DNA of 64,000 bases from Lingula anatina (GCA_051362555.1 CM120640.1:25654225-25718224); one strand, 5' to 3'. Numbered from the stretch's first letter, positions 26,560 through 40,132 are shown. Translations and numbers: made by a program. The notes: generated by a model not told the origin, from the letters alone.

Positions 26560-27062
26560 CCCAGCGGGCAAATTATGTTGTTTTAACGTTAGAACAACGT
26601 TGAACCATAAGGTTGATAATACGTTGGATAAACATTGGATTTGAAAGTTGACTCAACGTCAGATAACAACATTCATCCTAGTGTTAGCTAACCTTGCAAG
26701 GAATTCAGTTTATTGGAATGTATTTCTGAATAACAAGTTAAAAAAATTCACTAGTTCACTCAAGACACAAAACAACTGTCATTTTTACTTTAAAACACTT
26801 TTTTTTTATTATTTTGATAAAGTTAGTTACAGTATTGATAAACAAAGTATCACGTTTTCAATAATTAATATTTTAAATTACAATCCATGTCTGCAAGGTT
26901 GTGTCAATGACCGAAATACAACGTTGAGTCAACGTCACATTATGACGGTGTTTTGACGTGGCTGGATCAACGTTGATTTTACGTTGATTTTCGGTAGATC
27001 AACGGCAATTCAACGTATCAACCTGTTTTCAACGTTGATCCAACGCGACTATGCCTGCTGGG
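26560..27062. mobile_element. EnSpm/CACTA-like MITE (CCC...GGG, 2-bp TSD)
   Basis: CCCAGCGGGCA...TGCCTGCTGGG with many subterminal CAACGTTG motifs. The AT duplication is confirmed by the empty paralogous site GGCCATCTTTGAG at about 16832. Confidence 0.85.
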
Positions 27063-27276
27063 ATCTTTGAGCCCTAATTACCCTTTTAGCACGAAGGGAT
27101 GACTTGGAGTGGTCGGTAAAGAAAAGAACATACCACCCAATAATCTGGAACAACTCCGTCAAGAATAGGACAATATCCCACTAAGAAGACTTAAGCTTGT
27201 AACCGTTGTTGGAGGCACGCCGCGCTGTCTACATGAGTCAATTACAGTGCACACGATTTGTAAACACGCGCTATTA

Positions 27277-27502
27277 GGGTGCTTTCCCAGAGATTTAGAT
27301 CGATCTAGACATTGAGATTTAGATCGACCTAACTCCCTGGGGGTGCACGCTAAATTGCAGTCAGCCGAGCGGGCACCATGGTTAATTACCCCTTTACAGC
27401 TTTTAGTAGGCGGGACAGACGCTTAAGCCGGTCAAGCTGACAGTAATCTAGTGAGACTCCCCACAGGGATAGATCGATCTAAAAATCTATGGAAATGGGG
27501 TG
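27277..27502 (+). mobile_element. Harbinger-like MITE (variant GGGTGCTTTCCC...GGGGTG)
   Basis: TTA TSD at 27274-76 and 27503-05. Confidence 0.9.
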
Positions 27503-27559
27503 TTAGACAAACGACTCTTAAAGAGCACATTCTCATAACTGTAAAACAATAATGACATA

Positions 27560-28198
27560 TTCTGATGGAAATTCATCGGTGTAGTCGTAGGATATGATTC
27601 AAGTATTAAACTTTTCAATTTCTACACTAAAAATAGAGCTATACCTGACAGAGCTTTCGATCAAATCCGTGATCTTCTTTAGCATGATGTCATATGGGAC
27701 GATCACTGCTCACCAGTGCTTTGGTGATCGTGTTGTCCCAAATGTTCTTTTTGTTTCCCCGATGTAGTCTTTCTAACATTCACAGTTCTTGTTACCCTGG
27801 CACCTTATATGGTAAATTGCGCTACTAACTTTAAAATCTAGAGTTATGGAACATAAAAGACGGAGCTCCACCACCTCGGAGGTCTCTAGGCACATTCATG
27901 TAGATAATCCGGGACATGAAATCCCGTGGGAGAGAGTAAAGATCTTGGACAGGGACCCTTCTTGGTATGAAAGGGGGGTTAAGGAGGCCATTTACGTACA
28001 TCGGGGCACATAACCCAAGCTTGAACAGAGATGGGGGAGGCACCAATTGTCACACATTTGGGACAACACAATCACCAAAGCACTGGTGAGCAGTGATCGT
28101 CCCATATGATATCACACTGAAGAAGATCAGGGATGTGATCGAAAGCTCTGTCAGGATAGCTCTATTTTTAGTGTAGAAATTGAAAAGTTTAATACTTG
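27560..28198 (+). mobile_element. Truncated Penelope (Poseidon-like) with inverted pseudo-LTR
   Basis: GIY-YIG C-terminus LKSRVMEHKR..VSRHIH..VKILDRDPSWYERGVKEAIY..LNRDGG at 27831-28040. 27598-27745 is the reverse complement of 28054-28200. There is a 12-bp TSD AATAATGACATA, with the empty site at about 17529. Confidence 0.9.
28105..28155 (+). ncRNA. Minimal type I hammerhead ribozyme in the Penelope pLTR
   Basis: ACA-CTGAAGA-A-GATCA-gggatg-TGATC-GAAA-GC-TC-TGT: intact core, 5-bp stem II and palindromic AGCT stem III. The inverted copy at about 27646-27693 has a mutated core (CTAAAGA). Confidence 0.75.
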
Positions 28199-29136
28199 AA
28201 TAATGACATAGGGTGGGTAACGTTTTCTGAATAACAAACAGTGCGCGTGCGTGCACTCTTGTGTGATTGCTTGCCTACACGTAGTTGATTTAAAACTAAA
28301 GGTGTCGTACCTGGGATTTTCCCGCCAAATCGAATTTTCCTCAAAAAAGTTGTTCTTACTTATGAACCGTTGCTCGACCCGTTCATGCTACTTGAATTCC
28401 GTGTGTTACCTCCTACCGAAAGATTCTTTTTTATCTTTGTGAAAGATAACGTTAATGCGACAGATCTTCAGTTTTTTTTTGGCTCGTTTTTCTGTCTGAT
28501 TTTTCTGTCACAAACACCTATTACAATTTTTGGGAAAGTACCACTTCTTATATAAATTGAGCAGCATGCGCGCGATAGCTGTGACTATAGCAGCATGCGA
28601 TAGGATTGGGCTGTAGCATTATTGATAGCAGCAAGCGTCAGCTGTGCCTGTTGACAGAGTGCCAACAGTTAACACAACTCACTATATAATGTACAGTAGT
28701 GCGTGTCGGTTACAACAAATCTATTAATAAATCAAATTATTACGAATGAGAATTGAGATGCCTTGGACCCGGTGTGAATTCCCTGAATGCATTTCAAGTT
28801 TCTAATGGAATAAATATGTATAATGGTTTGATCCAAATACCATGGGCGTTTTTTCATATCTGGACGTAACGCACCTCAACATGGCAGAACCAAGAATCCC
28901 ATTTGGATCCTGGATTATGGACTGCTCTCTCTACTTATGCCTGGTTAGTGGAAAAAATGATTTCTCGAACATTTATCAGTGAATTCACTGAAGTTACTTA
29001 ATGCTGCCTACATAACAGAATGACTTTGATTATTCGGGACGATCTGATTTAATGATTCAATCCCATTCTTGCTCAGTAGACAAGGAGTAATCAAAAGGGC
29101 TGAATTAAGCGTTCTTCATTTTTCCGATAATTACCA

Positions 29137-30503
29137 CACTGATGCTCATAAGTTAAGCAACACCCCGATTTTTTCAAAAGTTTCTTATACCATGATCAAT
29201 ATTTCATTTGTTAGTGGGATTATGCATATTTCTTTAAAATTTGATAAATAACTTATTCAAGTTAAATATTTCGGTTAAAGAAATGCAACACATAGCTTAT
29301 TGTTATAATCAAAATAACTTTATAAACCAAACGGTACTAAAATATGCCAAACCATGTGTCAAAAACTTATGCTCACACAGGTAAAAGGACGTGCTGATTA
29401 AAATAGCTTATCTTGAAAAAAAAGTTCAATCATCTACGAATTATTTTTAATAAAAGAAGACTGTAGATAATGGATGATAAATCGTCTATTATGCAATAAT
29501 AGACGATTTATCATCGTCTATTATGCAATAAATATCGGTTGTGCCTTCCCTGGTTTTGAACAACAGCTTCACATTATTGTCTCCTGCAACTTGCCGCTAA
29601 ATTCTGTCAATCTTGCTTAGGGAGCCGGTTCCATCCTTCAATTACTGCCCGCTGAAGCTCTCTAATGCTTCTAACTCGAGGTTGCCTCTCATTTACTGCT
29701 ATGTCAATCATATCCTAAGCATATTCGATTACATTGAGAATTGGCGAATATGCAGGCCAATCTAAATTTGGGATACCGTGCTGTTGCAGCGCGTCTTGCA
29801 CGGACCGTGCTTTATGGATGATTTTTCTTCCCGGATTTGCTTGAATGTGTGATTGTATGCGCCCCAGTGGTATTTCGTCTCTGTATTGTTGACAAGTGTA
29901 CGGTGGCTTTTGACGAGGTCTTTTAGATGGAAGTTCAGCTTCTAAAAGATGCCTGTTGACTGCTTGCCTTCTGATTCGAGCTCTTCCTAATCCAGGCCAA
30001 AGGTTTCTCGGTTGTTTGGCCGACATGAATTGGTCCTGGTGGCATAACCGAACCAAACATCTTCATCTCTTGTGTCGGTTAATATTGTTCTACCAGAAAG
30101 ATGCTTGTCCAATACATGATGATTTGGGGGCCATTTTGCCACCTGCTTGGACACTTGACTTGGTGCTACTCTCTGTTGCCTTGCAATATGTCTCTGATGG
30201 CTTCTTATTTTTTGCCATCTGATTACTTCGTTGAGTCCTCTTCTAACCATTGGTTGGTACAATATAACAAATTGTGCCCATGAAACTAGCCAAACTGGGC
30301 GTGGCGTGGTCAAACTGTATTTTTCGGAAGTGGCACCCCCATTGAATATTCTACCGTGCCCAACAGTAAATAGTTCTCAAATGTCACAGTCCAGTAAATC
30401 AAAGTAAAAAAAAGATAAATATCTAGCTATTGTACAAATTTTGCCTCAATAAAAATAGAATTTGGGAAATAAGAAAGTGTTGCTTAACTTATGAGGATCA
30501 GTG
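29137..30503 (-). mobile_element. Tc1-like transposon, degenerate
   Basis: 27-bp TIRs CACTGAT(G/C)CTCATAAGTTAAGCAACAC with TA on the right. ORF remnants RHLLEAELPSKRPRQKP and LDWPAYSPILNVIE. Confidence 0.88.
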
Positions 30504-32050
30504 TAAATGAAGGTTATTCAGTCCATCAACCTTGTACACTCCAGTCACTTTTTTCCATTAAATAATGACCGGACCCTAACCAAGATTAGTTCTTTCGAAC
30601 ACAAAGGGACATTACCTACGTTATGGCGGTGATCCGTTTGGTTACGATTAAAATTGCAAGGCTTCATGTCCTGAATGGCATGGGATGTTGCGTATCCCAC
30701 CCCGTCTCAAATTAAAAAATTGTCTGGGAAGTAGCCGGAACAACCTGGAAGGGTACATCACCCATAGCCAAGATAGTACTAAACAGTCAGCTCCGACATT
30801 GTTTTTCGCAATAAGATTTGCACTGGGCGCCATAGGGATGTTATAAGAAAATTCACTCGTATATGGTTACGTGTCAAAGCCATCCCGTGCAGTACGACAT
30901 AACAGACAACTTCGCGTTATATAATGAGTATTAGATAAAACGTCTTTTTAGAATTCAAACTATTGAATTTCGTAGAATATTTTACATCTTCAGATAGAGT
31001 ATTTGTTAAGAAATGCACTCCTGTCACTATTTTCCCCCCTTTTGTCTTTTTCGTGTTCCATCGGTCACTGTTAACGGACTCTCGCTGGGTATTTCCTATC
31101 AGGGCAAAGAACCCGTTTGTTAGATTCAATTATAGAATGTAAAGCTAAAACAGTTCAATGATTTTATCAGTAGCGGGTGTTCTCTTAGAGATCCAAGATG
31201 GCAATGTAAATGCAAATGACCAAGAATACTTTTGACAAAGGTGAAAGCAATTTTAAAAAAAGAGAGAAGAAAGCATTACACGACTTAAACATTACACGAT
31301 TTGGGCAATTAAGGCGGTATTAGACTAAATTTTTGTCTCCTCCATCTCATTGTACCACAAACTTTCCTAGTCTCATTCATAACAAGAAAGAAGGCAACAA
31401 GGAATATTGATTGTTCATGATTTGGCCAAACAAAGCCGCTTTTATTATATAACCCCACTATCCTAATCATTTTAACAATAAAAACAATATAGCAAATTGT
31501 TGCGTGCATTAAATGTTATGGCCTTAGGGATAAAAATTATATATCAAATATTCAATAAGACTCATCATCCTAAAAATTATGATGTGACGAGTCAGCAAAA
31601 GTTATCATTTACCAACAATTTTGCACAAATTTCATTTGTGGGGTTGCAAAGAGGCCCCCACTATGTCGAATATTCAATAACACGGGTTGTAATTTTAATT
31701 TAAATCAGAGAACAGGAAACTCTTCATGGAGCCTTGTGACTTGAAAATGGGTCAGGAATACTACACATGTTTTTACGATTAGCTAGGGTGGGAAAGTTTT
31801 GCAATATCCTACTGAAAGCTAAAAGAGAGAAGTCCTAAGAAAATGGACAGAGGTTATAGAATAAAACTGAAATGAAGGCAATGTGCTTCAATAGGTATTT
31901 AAATCTTCCATATCTGTACTATTCTGTACAATATAGGGGGGCTTGTAATACCCATGTAAAATCATCATGTTTACTGAAAAGTGAAAAGCTAATAACTATT
32001 TACTTGCTGACTTTCTTAAGATGCTCTATCAGTTGCAATGCCCTAAGTAA

Positions 32051-32887
32051 AGCCTCGGTCACAACCGATTTTTGGGTGTTGCGAGGGCCGTGGAGGTCGT
32101 AGAGGTAGAGGATAGTCTGCCTTGTGAGTCACAAGGGCCACATGTGATGTCCTTTCAAGCTGGGACGCTAATTGCAAGTAGCGACAACCTAGAAAATGTA
32201 CTGATTTCTTGAGTTTGTCTTGCTTCCTGTGTACGAAGCACACACTCACCACTTACGAAGGGAATGCAACGCATGGCAAAAGTAGGGCCCTTTTCTGTCA
32301 GTTTTGCTTCACACTTGCCTCACATGATTGTGGTGACGTACTGACGGCGTACGTCAGTTTTGCGCCCTGTTTTCCTCTTCTTTCTTCTTCCTCCTCCCTT
32401 TTTTCTACTATGTAAGCTTCTCTCTCTTGCCTTTTGAAGGCATATCAGAAACTAAATTGAGCAAAAATTTGAAAATTTTGGAAATTGTTGTACACGTTAC
32501 ACAGTCGACGTTCATTGTAAAGACACGAGCGTGCGTCGTGAGCAAGCCTTTTAAACACCAGGCGTGGGGGTGACGCACGTGCGACGCATTCCCGGTGTGC
32601 CCTCGACTTTGTTCGTTAGTTGTGAGGGCGTGCGCCTTAACTCAACACGCAAAGAGCACTTGTTCCTTCATAGCTTGCGACGTGCGTCTTGCACAACGCG
32701 AGCATCTCTTGCTAACTCCGTGCGAAAGGATTAAGTTACGCTTGCGGCCTCGCTGTTCGCAGGCTATTCGTAGAATCTTTTGGACATGTCCAACATCCTC
32801 TGCACGTGCTTACGGGCAGTCTGCGAACTCGAAATTACGTAAGAAGGACTTGCATGGGAAGTGAGATTCTCGGTTGTGACCGAGGCT
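32051..32887. mobile_element. PIF/Harbinger-like non-autonomous element
   Basis: Perfect 18-bp TIR AGCCTCGGTCACAACCGA with a TAA TSD on both sides. Confidence 0.85.
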
Positions 32888-34777
32888 TAAGTGAACCCCA
32901 ATATCAGAGATGTGTGAAGGGTGGGGGTTGATAGAAGACCACAAATTTTCTTCAGAAGACTTATAGACAGAGTTATAAATGTGAAACTCAATGATAAGTA
33001 AACAGTATATAACTTCAGTGATAAAAAAAACGAATAGTTGATGAGGAAAGGAGGGTTGAATTTTGGACTAAGCTGATTTATAATGATGTGCAGGTCAGAC
33101 TGAGCAAGAAAATCTAGCTTGCTATGGTATCTACACTGATCCGTGAAACGTCTGACAAGGGATATGATAGAAGTGTGAAACTAAAAGTACAGGTAGGTAA
33201 CTGAATCGGCATAGCAGGTGCCCATGTGATATCCAATAAATTTCGGGACATTGCATCCTCCCATGTCATCAGGTGACTGGAGATTCTATACGCAAGGACC
33301 TTTAATTTCTTTGTGCAGTCGCCGTGACCGCTATCGGTGCAAACAAGAAACCCATGGATAAAGAACGTTTAGTCAACAGCAACTGCTAAATCGCTAGAGA
33401 AAATAAAACTTACCGCATTCATGTAACAGTCGGCAATTGTACTGTTGATCCTTGCTTGAAGTTGTGCAGAATCTGTCAAGTGTACGCTTCAACACATCGA
33501 GTGAACTGCTGGAAAGCTCTCATAGAAGTAAAAGCCGATGAAATTTTTTGAACTGAAGATTTCAGTTGAAGATTTGAGATAACTTGTAGCTTAATCGTAT
33601 CATGCGCGTCAACAGAATGCATCAAGCAAAATGAGCTCAGGCAGTGATTTCCCATGGTATAAGTAGCAACATGTGCCTCAATGGAGAAATCCCCTCTAGG
33701 GTACAATTGAGCATGTGCAGAATGCGCACGTGCGTAAATAAGCTCAGGAGATTGTTGTCGCCATAAAATGTCGTTTGACTACGCCAAACTTTCCTATAAT
33801 TGTATTCTTAACGGATTAACAACTCTTCGTATGAGAACTTGATTTCACAGTTTATACATTGTAAGTGACTCAGAAATATTATATATTCTATTATACCACA
33901 AAAACACCAGTTATAGCAATTATTCTGAAATCTGCGCTTGCCGTCGGACCTCGTGACTTCCACTGATGTCTGTACTCTGTAATAATCACAAAAAAGCAAC
34001 TTTTTTAGAAAAAAATCCAGGGACAAACTTTGAATGTAAAAATGGATTCATTGACTACTAGTAAATGTGGGAAAATTGCCGTTTACCTCAGGAAAATTCT
34101 TCTTTTTTTGCCAAAATGAACAGTTGTTATATATGCTTTTAATGTTTACCCAGCAAACCCTGGGATGTATAACGGAGTCCGACTGATGCTTATATAGATG
34201 TAACAACGAAAATGAGCAGTGAACTCTCCTAATTCTTTCGTGTCGTTTGCATTATATATAGTTTCGTGCCTAATTGTTTTTAAAAAAGAATTAAAAAAAA
34301 AACAAACAAATGCATTAATTTCATTAAAAGTATTACAACGTGTAACCAAGACAAAGCCAACTACAGTGGTGCAACAGATTTATTTTGAGAAACCCTAAAA
34401 TATATGTGCAACCAATGATTCATATGGTGACTCCAATGTAATGAGGCCTAGATCAATAAAGTTGATTTCAACACCAGTGAAGCAAGTGTCTCCGCCGCTA
34501 TACGGCGCTATTTGTCGCTCCAAGCACATTAAAAAAAGAAAAATAATTAAATTACATGTATTAGTTCAAAAGATTTCGCAGAGACTTACCAGTATAAGAG
34601 CACAAAGACCTCACCATGAACCAAAAGAGTGATTAAAGAATTAGCTCAGGCACTCAGACCTCACAGGGAGTATAAGTATTATGTATATGGTCAAATAACG
34701 CCGAAAAGATTCACCTAATCTGCATTTGCATATGCATGCCATCACGATGACAGTTTAACCTTCTACAAAGCAGCAAT

Positions 34778-36279
34778 AAAGGGTACCGGAGAAGATCAGC
34801 ATTGGTCAGAATTGTGCCGGAAGTGACGTGTAGTGGTGTAAGACGTAAAGCTGAGAGGTCATTTTTAGCTGGAGGTGAACGGGAGTGAAGACATGGACTC
34901 GGAGAAAAAAGCAGTTTTTCAAACAACATGGTAAGATGACATTTCTTCTTTACGCATTTTGGGCAGAGAATACTTGTAGAAATAATAGGCACATGATATG
35001 AAAACGTGACACGGAACTTGAAGGTGCAAAATCGTGGTTAATTTGCAGACAACTTGTTTTGAAATACATGCTGCATCGACCGCCAGCGCGACAAACAGCG
35101 TAAAGGGAAAGGTATTCCCGTGATTTTTAGTGATTTTTAGCTCAGATAAGAGGCTGTCAGAATGTCACCTTTGTTTCAGTTTGTCTTTTTTACTTTTTAT
35201 TACTTATTAGTTTACTTCTAATTATACATGTATATAAATCTGTATATATTTGTTTGTATATAAATAGGGTGTGCGTGCTAGTGTGTGTGAGGTTGGGTAT
35301 GTGTGAGTGTGTGCAGGAGCCTTTATTTAAATAAAAATTAAAAAATTGTGATAAAAATAGATAAGTCACTCTGGTACACTTCAAATGTTATCAATTCCTT
35401 ATCAACCTGAATGTTTAACGTACCATAAAAAATTTAATTAATATAACATAGTATATTTTCTCTTAAGTGTGAGAGTGGGAGTGACTGAAGTTTTCTTTTT
35501 TGTACTACATATATGCTGTATTTGTGAAGTATTGTGTCAATAAAAAAAAAAAAATAATAAAAAAAAAATAAAAAAAAAAAAAAAAGAATGTCACCTTTGT
35601 CTTGCCATTTGTCACTGATAAGTGGCTACCCCGGTGTAAAAGGTGTATTAATGTGATCATATGTGTAGAATTTCATGTCAGATGGACATATAAAGATAAA
35701 AAATTCGTCAAAATATTTAAAAATAGATACATCTTTGCACAGTAGTTGTGGATCGCTACGACTCAGTTGTCAGTTACGAACTACATGTACTTCCTGGTTT
35801 TCACAAGGTCCTTCAAAGACCCTAAAACATCGTTATAATTGCAGCCCATACCACAAAACACCCAAAAATACTTAGATATGGACACATCAGATTATATAAA
35901 TGCCAAAATTCCACATGACAACGATTTATAGCCTCCCGGGAATTATTTTCCCTTTACGCTCTTTGTCGCACTGGCGGTCGATGCAGCATGTATTTCAAAA
36001 CAAGTTGTCTGCACATTAACCATGATTTTGCACCTTCAAGTTCCGTGACACGTTTTCATATCATGTGCCTATTGTTTCTACAAGTATTCTCTGCCCCAAA
36101 TGCATAAAGATAAAATGTTATCTTACCGTGTTGTTAGAATAACTGCTTTTTTCTCTAAGCCCACGTCTTCATTCCCATTCACCTCCAGCTAAAAATGACC
36201 ACTTAGCTTTACGTCTTACACCACTACACGTCACTTCCGGCACAATTCTGACCAATGCTGATGTTCTCCGGTACCCTTT
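34778..36279. mobile_element. Foldback non-autonomous DNA element with about 335-bp TIRs (AT flanks; superfamily uncertain)
   Basis: 34778-35110 is the reverse complement of about 35947-36279. Confidence 0.85.
35175..35584 (+). mobile_element. Poly(A)-tailed retroposed insertion with 16-bp TSD
   Basis: AGAATGTCACCTTTGT at 35159-35174 and 35585-35600. AATAAA runs into an A-rich tail of about 45 nt. Confidence 0.85.
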
Positions 36280-39030
36280 ATTGCACTTGTTTATAGCACC
36301 GAGAATAATTTCAATGATTGCTTTTGAACGTGATCTTGTACAATAGAAAAATGACAGCATATACCCAGTAAGCAGTATTGGGGTGTTAATAGAGTCTATC
36401 AAACAGTGTAACGTACTGAGTTGGTAGATTGAAGTCCATGAAATATGGTTAAATACATGCAGTCCATCTCCGTAGGCCATTTCAAAACGGTTTTCTCAAA
36501 GTCGTCGTTTGCATGGTTTCTAATCTCTATAAATGGGTTGATAAATGTATTACTTGGCGCAACAGTATGACTTTTTCACCATGCAGATCTATTACTGCAT
36601 CGCCCTGTATATATTAATGAGAGCATTGATAAATGAAAAATATTATCAAATTAGAGAAAGTGCACCAAAGAAAATGTTTCCTGGACGCGTTGAACAATGA
36701 GATAATGCTTCGTTTCTTACCGTATTTATGAAACAAATATATATATATATACATGTAGTATTTACTGTATGTAGTAAACAGACTTTTTGATGGTCACAGT
36801 GTTGGTCCCATGCAACGTTAATATAAACAGGATTCTGATATACAGGTACCTGTACATGTACATATACATTTATATATTTACACGAATAACCTCCTCCAAA
36901 GAAGGGAGTTTTACTTTAATTGGCGTTGGTTTGTTTTCGACAAGATATCAAATGTTTTATGGTTAGGGATCTCATATGATTCGGACAGGTTAAGGTTAGG
37001 CGGACGTTTTGGGCTTTGTATACCGTACTAGACATGTCTTCCCTGTACAAATTAATGAAACGTGGACTACCACTCCTGTTACAGGTAAGTAGTCACAGGT
37101 TACGCAACGAAGTTTTATAGTACCTCTATTTTGCCAGTACTATAAATGAAGAACATACATCTTTTGGGAGCCTAAAAGATTTATTCGTATATTCTTATTT
37201 TCCAGTTACAATGTATTCTCTTTTATCCTATAGATCATCATTCCAATGTCATGATGTATCACAAAGTCTTTCTCCTACATTACCTTATTTACATGTAGTA
37301 ATATAATAATTCCTCAGCTCTTACACAATGTCTATGATTATCCCTTTTTCCATAACTTTCCATCATTACGTCATTACCAAAATATTATCATTTTCTTATT
37401 AGGCAATGGTATGTTACTTGACCTTAGGTCGCCATTTCTATTAATACAGATTTTTCATTGTATCATCCTGAAGGAATGATAACTATACCCCTTATTCTTT
37501 TTTTATTATTGAACAACACATGCACTCTTTAACTCTCTTACACTGTTTAACCTCTTAACAAATGTATATTGTATCAGTTATGAAAGGTACAATGTATTCA
37601 TTACGATCACAACTTTGTATCTGTACTTTTAATCATTTTCATTACGATAGTTTTACCTGTAGTTGCCATGCATTTTCTCCCTTTTCATATGTGGAAACTT
37701 TTTAAGTGGATTTTTTTTTTTGGAAATTTTATGGGATTTTATGGGCGCGCGGTTGTCATCCATAAAATTAGTGTGAACCTTCTTTGAAACCTGCAAGGGG
37801 TAATATTTCTAATGAACATAGGTAATCAGTACTGGTATAACATGACGGGTTGCTGAAGTGAAGATGAAAAGAATCAGTGTACTCGTTCCATGCTTCTTTT
37901 CACTTTCATCAGGTGTCTTATCTCTGGCAGACAGACAAAATCAGTAATGTACTCAGTGGCACCTGGGTGAGAAGTTAGTTTGAGTGTGGGATGAGAACGT
38001 TTTATCCTAATCTGATAAAATAACTCGACTTTATACTGCACCTACGTTTTATTGCTGAGTTCTTTTCCCCGCTACTAGTAGGCCTACAGTGGGGCATTTT
38101 GCAGCCGATTTTTTTAGAAATTTACATTTATAAACCGAAGTAGGAATTTCACTTGATCTCACTAAAATAGTTTCATGAAATTAGAATAATACTAATAAGT
38201 ACTCTATACAATAACATACAAATTACTGGGTTTTAAAATGCAGTCTCAAAATGAAGATAAGGGAACTTATCTGGTAATGTGGATAATATTGCTCTGTGAC
38301 GAAAGAAGGCAATGGTCAAATGGTCGAAGGACAAATGGCAGAAATGACAATAATATCTTTGGGAAGTGTATAGGGTTTTATATTTGATGTGTTATCTTAT
38401 TAGAACGTAATTAATAACGTAATATCAATTAAAGGTGTTCATTTATTTCTTCCAGATTTTTGATATCATTAAGTAGTGGTTTTATTTCTTTCAAATTTAC
38501 GCGGACTTTGAACGGAAAGCTCATTAATAAAATCTGGTACATGCATGTTGCATGTACCAGGAGCTACCGTAGGCCATTTCTGAACTTAATTTAGCATTAC
38601 GGCTTTATTCAATTTCCAAAGACATCGAGAGCTGTTATTTATTCGATGCCACAGACTCTTCTCTTATATTTGTCTTTTATCTGCAACTTCATCTTTACTT
38701 TATTTCTTATCCGCAGAATACCCGGTTTACGCACAGGTGCATGTACAGGTACTTGTTCATCTAGATTTTTAGTATAAAGAATGCAAATCGACCGAATATC
38801 AAACTTTACACAGTTAACCTTGTGATCTACAGTTTAGTTACGGTCTTTGCCATACATTCATAATAAAGTGAATTGTTTTATGGCTACCGATACAGGGATC
38901 GGAGAAAGAAGTAATCAGAGTGCAGAGTAGCACTTCTGCAATTACAAAACAACCGGTCGCTTCTTTAACACGGAGGTATTACGCAACTAATACAATTCGT
39001 TTAAGCGCCGCTATCGCATCAATAAAGTTT

Positions 39031-39119
39031 TTCAGAATAGCGGACCTTCAGAATAGCGGGCCTTCGGAATAACCGACCCTCAAACCTTCGGAATAGCGGG
39101 CCTTCGAAAAAGCGGACCC
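39031..39119. repeat. 16-bp tandem minisatellite (TTCRGAATAGCGGRCC)
   Basis: About 5 degenerate adjacent units with no spacers. Confidence 0.85.
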
Positions 39120-39387
39120 TTGTATTTTAGAGCTGCCCTTTTGCATTGCCTTAATTTAGTGACTGGACTTAAAATTTCCCAAATTACCACGCTCTAGAAG
39201 AAATTTTTTATTGTCGTCACTTTCACGTCCAAATTGCTTATACCAAAGACTGGAATTAATTTTAATTGACACATATTTACGTACTCAATTTAAATAACTT
39301 ATCCAAGGAATCAATCAGCAGATTGGGAAGTAAAATCAAAATATACTATGATAACGTATAAACTTTTTTCAATATAGGGCAATACTG

Positions 39388-39491
39388 TCCCCTCTACCAG
39401 GGCGACAGATTGATTTTCCATAGATATTCACAGATATGTCTCTAGATAAATAGACGGTCATTTTGGTCTGTTGTCGCCCTGGTAGAGGGTA
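39388..39491. mobile_element. 104-bp MULE-like MITE with 9-bp TSD
   Basis: TIR CCCTCTACCAGGGCGACA, with GCAATACTG at 39379-87 and 39492-500. A related end TACCCTCTACCAGGG lies at about 55830. Confidence 0.8.
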
Positions 39492-40132
39492 GCAATACTG
39501 TATGTCCATCTGATCGTAACTAAAAGCGTATTGCATTTTACATGTACTGCACATACCTGTATCCAACAATATGAATTGTAAGATAGAACCCAATATGAAT
39601 ATATAGTTGTATACCGTGTATAACATCCACAAGCCTTCTACAAAACATAATTACATTAGTATTTGTTGAAACTTCTCTTTACAGTAACGTAATTCATCAA
39701 AAATAAATAAATATATGCATAAAATAATAGGGCACACATACGTTATACCACGGGGATCGAATACGATATTCCATTTTACACCTGGAAACTTTTCATTTGT
39801 CGTCTTCAAACCAGAAACGTATATGTATATATTAATACATGCATATTGAGTATCAAAAGCCTTTAATACAATTGATGATATACGTGAAATGTAAATCCAT
39901 CATTACCAAAAACAACGTTTAAGAACGACAAACAAATATTGAAAAAGCGGAGAATTACGCGTGGATCTGCGACTGGTTTTAATGCCATGTGAATCAACAT
40001 ACGATGAGACTTGCACAGACCTCTCACTCTTTTGGGGATGTTCTACTGAAAACTGAAATGTGCGAACCCACACGTACCAGTAATTTCAACGATACAAGTA
40101 ATTGTATAAATAATATTTTGTAAATATACCCA

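Larger units (their letters stand above)
25646..28528 (+). repeat. Local duplication, copy 2
   Basis: Collinear with blocks of 11985-17864 and carries its own EnSpm-like, Harbinger-like and Penelope insertions. Confidence 0.9.

Noticed and set aside
31690-33200. CR1-like RT relic around the 32051 MITE
   Set aside because: There are only faint motif hints and no convincing conserved block.
39031-39119. CRISPR-like short repeats
   Set aside because: The units are adjacent with no unique spacers, there are no cas genes, and the context is eukaryotic.
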